From the NCBI GenBank assembly GCA_028534125.1, contig CM052818.1:2544001-2608000 (forward strand): a stretch of 64,000 nucleotides of DNA, read 5' to 3'. Position 1 is the stretch's first letter. Every line of letters begins with the position of its first letter. Of the stretch, positions 40,567-51,430 are shown in pieces. Position numbers and translations under genes: made by a program. The notes below the pieces were generated by a model. That model worked only from the letters and a program-made list of their open reading frames with translations. It was not told the DNA's origin and searched no databases. The stretch is from Lama glama (lineage: Eukaryota).

Positions 40567-43500
40567 GTAAGGAAGAGGAAGGTCACTGACTCGTGTAACT
40601 CAACAGCTGTAATAATTTACTGTCAGTCTGTTCTAAGAGAATGGATTCATTGGCGTTAGAATAACTTAAAAATACTCAGAAGCCTGATCTGGACTGACCA
40701 AGAAGCAATTTCAACTGGTAAGGGACCAGATTGAAAATAGCTTGGAGGAGGGTATTGAAATTTTTCTACCACACTGATTAAAAGAGGATCTAGTGGCGTG
40801 GTGTTCCAGTGTAGACTTCTGGGAAACAGCAGTTGTGTGCAGACAGGCCAGCGCAAATAGGACCTCGGGGACCGGCAGAATCCAAGTCTGAGATGGAGAA
40901 GTGTATCGTCGGGGAAGGCTAGACTGCTCCCACAAAGGTCCGGCAGTATTTGTTTGTCTTACATCTCTGTGATATTAACAGCCCAAGGTAAGCATTCCAG
41001 GTAGACCAGTGACTCTGGGAGCACACGGTTTCCCCCGTGATGGGGCTCTGCCACCCCCCGGGACATTTTATCAGCTGAGTAGGTGAAGGATAACAAAGAA
41101 AGGAAGAGAGCCAAAGGCAAAGGTGATGCCAAAGTGCTCATATCCCTTCTGGGGACATTACATGATCAATAGTTACATGGCCATATCCAGCATGAGAGAC
41201 AGGAGATGTGAGGTTCTTTTTCTTTTTTTCAGGGGAGGGAAGGTAATTAGGTTTATTTGTTTAAATGGCAGTACTGGGTATTGAACCCAGGACCTCATGC
41301 ATGCTAGGCAAGCACTCTACCACTGAGCTACACCCTCCCCTACTTGGAAACGTGGTTTTAACTGAACAGCCCTGTGCTCTGGGGAGAAGGAAACAAGTTC
41401 AGGGGGCAGCCAGCAGTTCCACCCCCTGTGGCTCCCTGTGTTGTGGTCTGTGTGATTAGTACATAGACCATGCTCCCTGTCACACCGCTGGGTCCAGTAA
41501 CCATTTTCTTGGACTGCGCCTGTGAATCAGGGTTGATTTAATACAGAGTCATTAACGCTCTTGGGGAGAGTTGCGGCAGATCTTGAGCAATCCCGTCAAA
41601 TCTTGTAGTTTGGAAATATTTTCTAGTTGTTGGTGTTTTAAGTACCTCATAACTAACTTACTTGAGGTTAAAAAACAAAGTGTGGCTAATTGTAATGTTA
41701 CTGAAATAGTATGTTTAAGTCTCGCTACCAGTGACTTTTCCTTTGAATTCATGAGGTTAAATGTATTGGTCAGTTTGAGTGATTATTTTTGCTTGACCAG
41801 CCCCCTAGTGGTGGCACCAGTGAGCCGTGACTCTGTCACCAGGCAGCCTGCAGGAAGTGGATGGCCAGACACGAAGCGGGAGGCCTGTTAAAACCACACT
41901 TACTCTCCAGAGTGAAGCATACTTTTTACTAAGAGTTATCTGTGCAAAGAAGTGTAAAGTATCCTAGCTATATGTTGCTTTAGTTTAGGGCAACCTCTAA
42001 GAAATATGACTTTGTTTCACTATTCATATTATTTCTTCTTGTTTTGAAAGAATACTACAATGATGACATCATTTTCTGTTGGTATGCCAAAAAGTGTTCT
42101 TTACATCTTTCTAAGGTTCTGAAAGTATTTTTCTCCGGAAGGGGCCTCATTCCCAGAAAAGTGGGCCAGAAGCTTAGAGTTGGTTTTGATTTAATCTCAG
42201 GTATTCAGGTCGCGGTCTAGTTACATAGTTTCTATACCTTCTTACTTGTCAGATGGGACATTTAAGGAGAATTGCTTCTTAAAAAGATTGAGAAAACAAT
42301 TTCAAGCTTTAAAATGATTTTCTCTAAGTGCCATATGAGTGGGAAGTATCTGTGTCATGTATCAGAGATGTCAGAAGATCTGTGAAGACCTGGAATTTCT
42401 GCTATTTTGAATCACTATTTCCAGTCTTATTTTTGAATGAATTTGGTTGAAAAAAAAACTAAAAATTTTATTTTCTCTAGCCTGTCATTAGAAGCATTGT
42501 AATTCTTAGTCGATCTCATGGAAGATCTTTTTTTTTTAACATTTTTTTATTGATTTATAATCATTTTACAATGTTGTGTCAAATTCCAGTGTAGAGCACA
42601 ATTTTTCAGTTATACATGAACATATGTATATTCATTGCCACATTTTTTTCTCTGTGAGCTACCACAAGATCTTGTATTTAGATAAATCACAGAGAAAAAA
42701 AATGTGACAATGAGTGTGTATATGTCCATGAATGACTGAAAAATTGTGCTGAACACTGGAATTTGACACAACACTGCAAAATGATTATAAATCAATAAAG
42801 AATGTTAAAAAAAAAAGATCTTGTATTTAGTTCCCTGTGCTATACAGTATAATCTTGTTTATATATTCTACAATTTTGAAATCCCATCTATCCCTTCCAA
42901 CCCTCCATCCCCTTGGCAACCACAAGTTTGTATTCTATGCCTGTGAGTCTATTTCTGTTTTGTATTTATGCTTTGTTTTTTTGTTTTTGTTTTTTAGATT
43001 CCACATATGAGCGATCTCACATGGTATTTTTCTTTCTCTTTCTGGCTTACTTCACTTAGAATGACATTCTCCAGGAGCATCCATGTTGCTGCAAATGGTG
43101 TTATGTTGTCGGTTTTTATGGCTGAGTAGTATTCCATTGTATAAGTATACCACATCTTTATCCAGTCATCTGTTGATGGACATTTAGGCTGTTTCCATGT
43201 CTTGGCTATTGTAAATAGTGCTGCTATGAACACTGGGGTGCAGGTGTCATCCTGAAGTGGGGTTCCTTCTGGATATAAGCCCAGGAGCAGGATTCCTGGG
43301 TCATATGGTAAATCTATTTCTAGTCTCTTGAGGAATCTCCATACTGTTTTCCACAGTGGCTGCACCAACCTGCATTCCCACCAGCAGTGTAGGAGGGTTC
43401 CCTTTTCTCCACAGCCTCTCCAGCATTTGTCATTTGTGGACTGTTGAATGATGGCCATTCTGACTGGTGTGAGGTGATACCTCATTGTAGTTTTGATTTG

Positions 43501-45713
43501 CATTTCTCTGATAATTAGTGATACTGAGCATTTTTTCATGTGCCTATTGACCATTTGTATGTCTTCCTTGGAGAATTGCTTGTTTAGGTCTTTTGCCCAT
43601 TTTTGGGTTGGGTTGTTTGGTTGTTTCTTATTAAGTCATGTAAGCTGCTTATACATTCTGGAGATCAAGCCTTTGTCGGTTTCATTTGCAAAAATTTTCT
43701 CCCATTCCATAGGTTGTCTTTTAGTTTTACGTATGGTTTCCTTTGCTGTGCAGAAGCTTGTAAGTTTCATTAGGTCCCATTTGTTTATTCTTGCTTTTAT
43801 TTCTTCTAGGAGAAAATTTTTGAGGTGTATGTCAGATAATGTTTTGCCTATATTTTCCTGTAGGAGGTTTATTGTATCTCGTCTTATGTTTAAGTCCTTG
43901 ATCCATTTTGAGTTTATTTTTGTGTACGGTGTAAGGGAGTGTTCTAGCTTTATTGCTTTACATGCTGCTGTCCAGTTTTCCCAACAGCATTTGCTGAAGA
44001 GACTGTCTTTATTCCATTGTATATTCTTGCCTCCTTTGTCGAAGATTAGTTGACCAAAAGTTTGTGGGTTCATTTCTGGGTTCTCTATTCTGTTCCATTG
44101 GTCTCTGTGTCTGTTTTTGTACCAATACCATGCTGTCTTGATGACAATAGCTCTATAGTATTGTCTGAAGTCTGGGAAAGTTATTCCTTCAGCCTCTTTC
44201 TTTCTCTTCAGTAATACTTTGGCAGTTCTAGGTCTTTGATGGTTCCTTATAAATTTTATTATGATTTGTTCTAGTTCTGTGAAATATGTCCTGGGTAATT
44301 TGATAGGCATTGCATTAAATCTGTAGATTGCCTTGGGCAGTGTGACCATTTTAACAATATTGATTCTTCCAATCCAGGAGCATGGGATATCCGGAAGATC
44401 ATTCTTAACTGCAGAGTAATAACCTCTGAAAGAAAGAGGTGGAGAAAAAAGGTGTGAGTCCCACTGGGACAGTAAGTCTGAGCTCTTGCCCTTGCTTGCT
44501 AGGTGGAGGAGGAGCTGCAGGAGCAAGAGTTCCTTGACCGCTGCTTCCAGGAGATGCTGGATGAGGAAGACCAAGACTGGTTTATTCCATCGCGAGACCT
44601 GCCTCAGGCCATGGGCCAGTTGCAGCAACAGTTCAATGGACTGTCGGTCAGTGATGGTCATGATTCTGAAGATATTTTGGTAAGAGCATATGTAGTTCCA
44701 CATGTGACATAGCAAAAAGAGTGTGGGATTTGGAGTCGCAGGCTCTCCCTTCGGCCCTCCAACCTTGGGCAAGTTCTGGGGCCCTCTGAGCTGCTGTTCC
44801 TTCACTCATCACCTGTGCGTTAATAAGAGGGTACATTGAAGAAGCACCACTCAGAGCACTGTGAAAGCGTCATTATTGCAACATCACCAGCTTTCATTTT
44901 CTCCAGTGGGCTTCTCAAAGCAGAACTGGGATTAAGGATAAAAATTGAGCATGGAAGAGGTTTGGTTTCAGATTATCATCTGCTGCTGTCCTTTCCTTTT
45001 ACTAGCCTGCAAATCTGTATTTATAGTTTTGAATGATGCTGTTAGAAAAACTGCCTGTTCATTGTGGAAGGAACATACTCCTAAGAGGCCATTTTTCACA
45101 TATAATTAGAAGACCGGATAAATGAATTCCCTGCCTTCCACAGTTACGTAATGTCAGAATTCTCTAAGTGATATCATTCTCACACAACTCATGTTTTGAA
45201 TGATTGTGCCCTGCAGTTTGCCAAGGTTTTAGATATGGCAACTCTCCAAGAGAGTAGATACCAAAGAGAATGCAGCAGAATGGAGAGGAAAAAAAAAAAA
45301 ACCAACTAGGGATTGTGGTAACCAAACTGGCTTGCTGGAGTACTCTGATTTTCATTAAGCTAAGGTACTCAATGAATTAAAAAATTATTTTTAGAGTTGC
45401 ACTTAACAAGCCTCTAACGAAAGCACCATGAAGGGAACAGGAGTCTAAAGCAGGAAGGAGAGAATGAGGTTAGCAGGACTTAATACGTAGGAGCCACTGA
45501 GAGCATCCCAGCAGTGACAGCTGGAGTTGCAGGGAATTTTTTTTTTCCTCTCCTTAAAGCAGAGAGGAAGGTACTGGTAATACTGGAAGCAGGAAGAAAA
45601 TAAGTTTGAAAGTGCAGCTTGCCTTGAGATTTATCATCTCTTGGTTCTTATTTCAGAGCAAAAGTAACCTGAACCCGGATGCCAAGGAATTTATTCCAGG
45701 AGTGAAGTACTGA
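40429..45713 (+). CDS. PAIP2B: Poly(A)-binding protein-interacting protein 2B, complete spliced CDS join(40429..40566,44503..44679,45657..45713), 123 aa
   Basis: 138+177+57=372 nt with GT-AG introns in phase 0. Translation [123 protein letters not shown]. Acidic PAM1-type region and PAM2 motif ([10 protein letters not shown]) recognised as PAIP2B. Confidence 0.97.
41216..41340 (-). mobile_element. Vic-1-like SINE in a PAIP2B intron
   Basis: gtactgggtattgaacccaggacctcatgcatgctaggcaagcactctaccactgagctacaccctcccc. Confidence 0.85.
42528..44392 (-). mobile_element. Young 5'-truncated L1 in the PAIP2B intron between coding exons 1 and 2
   Basis: ORF2 C-terminal ~465 codons (DIPCSWIGR...[10 protein letters not shown]) in one frame with a single internal stop at 43636-43638; TSD core ggaagatc at 42520-42527 and 44393-44400. 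Confidence 0.93.
42682..42814 (+). mobile_element. 133-bp L1 3'-end insertion nested antisense in the host L1 3'UTR
   Basis: Perfect 16-bp TSD aagatcttgtatttag at 42666-42681 and 42815-42830; AATAAA plus poly(A) tail. Confidence 0.88.
44503..44679 (+). CDS. PAIP2B: PAIP2B second coding exon
   Basis: Acceptor cttgctag ending 44502; [15 protein letters not shown]...SEDIL; donor TTG|GTAAGA. Confidence 0.96.
45657..45713 (+). CDS. PAIP2B: PAIP2B last coding exon (PAM2 motif, TGA stop)
   Basis: Acceptor ttcttatttcag ending 45656; [21 protein letters not shown] at 45711-45713. Confidence 0.96.
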   Translation, partial: SKSNLNPDAKEFIPGVKY

Positions 45714-48700
45714 GCTGGAAGAAAGCTTTGAGGAGAACTTGTATGTCCCCACATCTGGGGATAGCGCTGCACAAAACGGCAGAGCTGAAGAGAGGGATGG
45801 GGTGGGCAAGGGGTGCGCAGCGGGGAAGGGGAACAGTGGTTTAACTTGGCACTGTGACTAGAGTTAACCAATGCGCTCAGTCTGACTCTACAAGCCTCTG
45901 AGTATTGCTCTTTTGTTCTACTGATTTCATTCGGAGCAATTTCCTATTACTGTTATTAGCTTTTTGACTTAAGGAAATTGCAGTCTTCTTTCCCCCTTCA
46001 TCAGGAATGTTCTACTGTGTGTGTTGAAGCAAATAAGCTGACCGAGAAAGCCCAGGTGTTTAATTTAAGAATGCCCTTCTCACCCTGCTGTAAGCTTACT
46101 ACCAAGGGCGGTGAACGCCTGCAGAACTACTTGTTGAGTCTGGGTGGCGAGAGGGACGAGCGGGAGAAGCAGGTGTTGGAACCAGAGAAAGCAGCTCCCC
46201 GACCCCGTGGGATTTCCTGCGATGAACTGGGATTACCATGGCCTGCTGAGCCCGTGCCTCCCTGCCCTGAAACCCATTCAGGAAAGCCCAGGCTTAAAGC
46301 GCTGCCTTACTGGGACTTCGGATGGTTAGTGAAGCACCCATTTACGGTAGGTGAACGCTGTAAATCCGAAGGAGAGGACTGGGCCAGTGATTATCACTTG
46401 GGTCATTCAGTTGCTGCTGGCCTGCTCTTAAGCCTCTCATTCCAGCTACCATCAGACTCATCACTTACAAGGTAAAAGAGCACAGGGGTGGGTTTGCCAC
46501 TTCGTCCCTCATGTTGTCCGGTCCCCTGTCTCCTTTCCACACCAGCCCTACTCTGTTTTTAAGAAAAGATGTTGTTGCCAAAGGTATAGGAGAGGTGTGC
46601 TGTGCTGGCCATCAGCTTCCGCCTGGAGAAGTCATCTCTGAATCCTGCTAGTTGGAGCTTAAGTTTATTTTGACAGGTTTTTTCCAGCCTCATGATGAGT
46701 TGGTCCGCCTGGTATCCTTAGAAAGGTTTATGCACTTGTACAAGTAAATGTATTTTTCAAGACACTAACAAGAAGTTCAGTTTACACGTTGGATGCTTCT
46801 CCCCACCTGAGAGAATTGTGCAGAATAACTACACAAAAGCCTAGGAGAATGAGCCCCGCCTGACCCTGTGGCCCTGTGACCCACTGGGGCAGCTTTAGCA
46901 GTTAGAGAATTTTGCTGTTCCCACACACCGAAGCTTTTTGAGTTTTCTTGGTTGGACGTTCTGGGTACGTTCTTTCCTGCCTACAAGTCACAGGGTTTTT
47001 TTGGTTGTTAGTACTCGTAAGGAACTAAACCGGGCGCTAGGAGCTGCTTTTGTGTGATAGAGGTGTCAGCAGCAGAGTAAGAGCTGAAAGAGCGTATCCA
47101 GTCCTGCCCGTCCTCTCAGGACGAGGACTCGCAGGGGCCTGAGAAGGACAGTGGCTTCTGTATGACTGCTGCTGCCGCCGTGTGATCGGCCTGTCAGGGA
47201 AAGATGGTGTAACTTGAAATAAAGTCTGTAAATACAGTATGTGGATGTGGGACAGAGGTTGAAAGGAAAAGACTAGGGTTTGGAAAGCTTCAGAATTTGT
47301 CCTTTTTCTTATGAGCTCCCTTGTTGACTCTTTGAACGGCCACAGGCTAATGTCGGATTGAAAATATGAACCCACGTCGTTCCCTCATTCAAGTCTGTAG
47401 GATGGTGTCATTTGAAAGATGCCCTCCTCGTGAGGTCCCATGTCACAGGGGAGTGGCTTAGGGAGGGAGCTGGTATTGCCAGGTGTGCTCATGAATTCCC
47501 AGAGCCTCTACATCAAGAGAGTGAAACGCGCAACTCGTTTTCAGGGAGGGCTACAAATAAAGAAACATCTTAATTCCAGTGCAGCTTTCAGCTGGAGTTG
47601 TTACCTTTAACAAGGAGAGGGCCTTGGAAGTGCAGGCAGAGGCCTCTCCCTGCGGGGGCGGCTTTTCCCCCTCCCATCTCCATTCACTTGTCCAAGCTCA
47701 GAATTCTAAAGGCTGCTGGAAGTGTATCGGGATTGCAGAAAGAGGCATTTTCCAGCCGGTGGTGTCTTCCATCACAGACAGCATTGTGGATTCTTGTTGT
47801 GTGGCTCCTGGTCTGAGAAGTCCTAGAGGGGTCCAGATTAAGCCGTTCCTTCATCCTGGAGAAGGCTTGCTCTTCTGACACCAGGATAAGCGAAGGTGTG
47901 AGGTGCAGTCCACAGGGCTTGTCTTTCCACCTGCTGTGGGGTTTCGGCTTGGACGTCAGTCTTCAGCCCGGTTTCACAAGGCATGTTTGGTCAGGATGAA
48001 GAAAGCTTCCTGCCGGACGAGCAGTGGAGCCTGAGGGCTGGGCTTCCCAGTCCTGTGCAGAACCAGCATGCTGACTTCAGAATCAGAAAGCAGCGAGCAG
48101 TGTGCCCCCCTTTTTAACGCATGGGTTTGTGTTTCCAACGGTTCCTCTTGTAGCCTACTCGTTTCTCCTTCTATTTTACGTTATGAGGTGGGAGCACAGT
48201 TGTCACCCAGACCACAGGCTCAGCTACAGTCAGAGTTTGCCAGCTTCTCAGCAGAAAACACATGTGGGTCTTGTTGGCTCTTCACTCAGAAAGGCTGGGA
48301 ACCTCTATCTCGGACTTTTCCTCATCAGAGAGGTTCTGGGTGCAAGGCAGGCTAGACCCTTTAAGGGTGACTGGTATTGCAAGTGATCCCTTTGATGTTG
48401 AGTTTAAGCCACTACAGTTTAAGCTGTTTTTATTGGCAACTAGAAGTTTAAGTATAGAAACCGAATATGTATTTTTAACAATTGCCAATTCTGGCTGGTC
48501 CCAGTGTCAGTTTATTAGTGATTGATTTCTTATTTTTGTGTTTACTGCACTCTGAGACTCCAAAATGAAAATTATTTTATCTCTTGGTCTTCCAGAGGGG
48601 GAAAAAAAAAGGGAAATGGCCTTTGAACTGTAGCAGAAAGCTTGATGGATGCAGCGTAGGCCTGAGACCTACAGCTGTGGGTCTTTGGACCAGTTTCTGA

Positions 48701-51360
48701 CTGCAGCAGTTGACTTTTGGGGATCATACAAAGTCATACCCAAAAAGATCATTAGGAAAAGGCTGAACCTTACCAACACCTCTAGTTCCCAAAGCCAGAA
48801 CAGCCAGGGTCTCTTTAATTAGGGTTCTAACGCTAAGAACGGCTTTAAAAATGTTTTTAGTGAAACAATCAGCATTTTTCAACTTGTGCATTGCTATAAT
48901 CTCAAAATTTTGTCTTGATTTTGAAGAGTTTGGGAAGTAAGGATGTCAGTCAAACCCTGTGACCTCAGAGTAGAAATTAATATAATGTCAGAGAGGAAAG
49001 TTGTGTGAAGAAGTAGCGAAAGGAAACAGCTTGACTGAATCTTCTTGTGTCAGTGCTGCTGCAAAACCCATGTCTGTATAAACATCAGGAGCCCAGGAGC
49101 CAACACCGCTGAGACTGGGGGTAGCAAGTGTTCTTTGATAAAAATCCTGGCATCACAGGTTAATAATGTTGCTTAGTTTCAGTCATGTTGAGGGGTGGGC
49201 TCAGGCAGAGGCCTGACAGATTTGACCAAGGTTTGGAGGTGTGCGCCTGGAAGACTGCATAGCCACTGTCCTCCAGGATAATTGCAGATCTCTTTAGTTT
49301 GGGAAGTGGGTGGAGAGAACAGAAGGATTGACCTGGATCCGGTCAGGACCCAGAGCTATCAGGAAACTTGATTTCCTCCTGCCTCTGCCCACAGTTCCCC
49401 ACGTGAGTCATTTCCCCCCTCATTGCCCACAGAGACCATTAGTCCTTCTGGTCCCTGTGTGGTACACAGAGTACTTTTCTGCAGCCACTGCTCCGCTGCC
49501 TTGTGAATTTCATCTGTAGGCTTGGTTAGTTACAATTTTGAAAGGGCTTTTTTTTGCCCCTTTGTTTTTAATTTTGTTTTTGTTTCTCCCATCTTGAAGC
49601 TGCAATTAGTGACAAAGGACAGGGGAATAGGAGGCTGACCCAAGGAAACACTCAACTGCCCTGCTGGCTACTTGGCCTCTTGCCTCATTGCCCAGCACCT
49701 TCTGCTGTCGTCAGTCTAGACTTCGGGGGTGGGGGTGAAGGGATCATACAAATAGGACAGCTGAGTACACTGATCTCTACAGGATGCTGCCAAGAGACTC
49801 ACCACCCTGTCCCCGGGGGACAGAAGAGAAATCGACAAAGGGACAGATGCACCATCTTTATTCTGAAAGAAAAAGCCCCCTTAGATTTTGTTACTAGGAG
49901 TCATTTGTGAGGTCGGCTGACCTTTCTTCCCCAATCCTACCTTCTGACTGGCTACTTTAAATATTGTAACTAATGAAGAACACTCTAAGCTGTGTACTAT
50001 GAGCTAGTACAGCGTTTTCACTCTAACGCAACACTGATAATCCTGTCCTGTTGGTTGGGAGCCTGCAGAAGTGTTTAATGCTTGATGGATCATTTGGGAG
50101 GCAAGGACTTTATTATTTTTTTTAAACAACTTTATTGAGGCATGTTTTACATATCATAAAATTCGCCCATTTCAAGTGTACAATTCACTGATTTTAGTAA
50201 CTTTCTTGAGTGGTGCAGCTATACAGTTCTCAGTTTTAGACATTTTTATCTCCCTCAATAAGATCCTTCATGCCTATTTACATGATAATACCTGTTCCTA
50301 GTTCTAGGCAACCACTAATGTGTAAATTTGCCTTTTCTGGGCATCACCTCAATGGAAACATACAAAATATAGTCTCTTGGATCTGGCTTTTGTCACTGAG
50401 TGTATTTTCGAGGTTCACCCATGACATAAAGCTTGTATTAGTAGTCTGTTCCTTTTTGCTGAATAATATTCCATTGGTGGATATTACCAGTTTGTCAGCA
50501 GAGAGTCTTTTAAACTTGGATTTCAACCTCTTGTGGTCTAAATGGAACCCTCAGAACACAGGACTCACGGGGAAGCGGCTGTGCATGTCAGAGGAACGGC
50601 TTATCAGAACCAGCTTTGTCATCAGAATCTCCACCTGAAGCTTCTGGAGCCTGAACTGCTGCAGAAATTTTTATAATAATTTTGCAACTTCTTTTTTATA
50701 TGAAACTCCTGTGCCGTCTACACGTCAGGGCTTCCGAAGCATCTGACAGTTTAATAAGTACAAGCATGTGTTTGAGCGGACAAGAAAGTGAAACCATCAG
50801 TACTGTGTTGGATATTTTTTCCTCCCCGACTGGATGGGGGAATCTCTGAACTTTCTCAGTGCAGTGCCGTCTCTGTTACAAAGCTGAACCTGTATTAAAG
50901 ATCGTGCTGCCTTTGTTGGACCAATTTGGAAGGAAAGAGGGCAGCCAGCAGAGAAGGTCAAGAGGAGAAGGGGAGTGGACTTTGTGGTACAAGGGGTCCC
51001 CAGAGGGTTTGTGTACGGCCCACGCATCTGATGGCGAGGAGGGTAAAGTGCGGCCGGTGCCTGCAGCTGAGCACGTCCAGCGGGCCTGGGGCGGGGCTTT
51101 GGACCTTTATCCCTGTTTCTCAAGTTTTTAAAAGCTCTTTCTGTTCCTTTTTTTTCTTTTCCTAAGTAAACATTACATGGTAGTTATTAATACTTCTTTG
51201 GGGGAGGGACAGGGCTTTAAAACTGAAGAAAATGATTTTCATAAAAATATCAAAAATGGAAAAAAGTTACTTTTTAAAAAATTTGCTACACAAACCAAAT
51301 GGCAGCTGTTGAAAATCTCATTAAAATGAGAATAAAATACATTTGCTGGCAGTGGTACCC
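45714..51360 (+). other. PAIP2B: Probable long 3'UTR of PAIP2B (~5.6 kb)
   Basis: Largely unique sequence from the stop codon to a strong poly(A) signal cluster; mammalian PAIP2B is recalled to have a multi-kb 3'UTR; end inferred. Confidence 0.6.
50112..50490 (-). mobile_element. Old L1 3' end (L1MB/MC-like) inside the presumed PAIP2B 3'UTR
   Basis: aactttattgag...aagtgtacaattc...ctaggcaaccactaat motifs. Confidence 0.7.
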
Positions 51361-51430
51361 TTTTTCCTACAGTTGGGTCCTTATATTACAGCGGGTGTAT
51401 GGTGTGTGTTTTGTTTGGTTTTTGTCTCAA
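51320..51430 (+). terminator. Probable distal polyadenylation signal of PAIP2B
   Basis: ATTAAA 51320-51325, AATAAA 51331-51336, then a U/GU-rich downstream tract (ggtgtgtgttttgtttggtttttgt, ~51401-51425). Confidence 0.6.

Noticed and set aside
43636..44805. 389-aa - strand ORF that looks like a chimeric gene (antisense of a PAIP2B exon fused to L1 ORF2)
   Set aside because: It starts at GTG, the C-terminal two-thirds is plain L1 ORF2 ending at a premature stop, and the rest is antisense to a real exon. No promoter or splice evidence; a chance in-frame fusion.
45978..46475. 165-aa ORF in the PAIP2B 3'UTR
   Set aside because: Non-ATG (TTG) start, no recognisable homology or coding signature.
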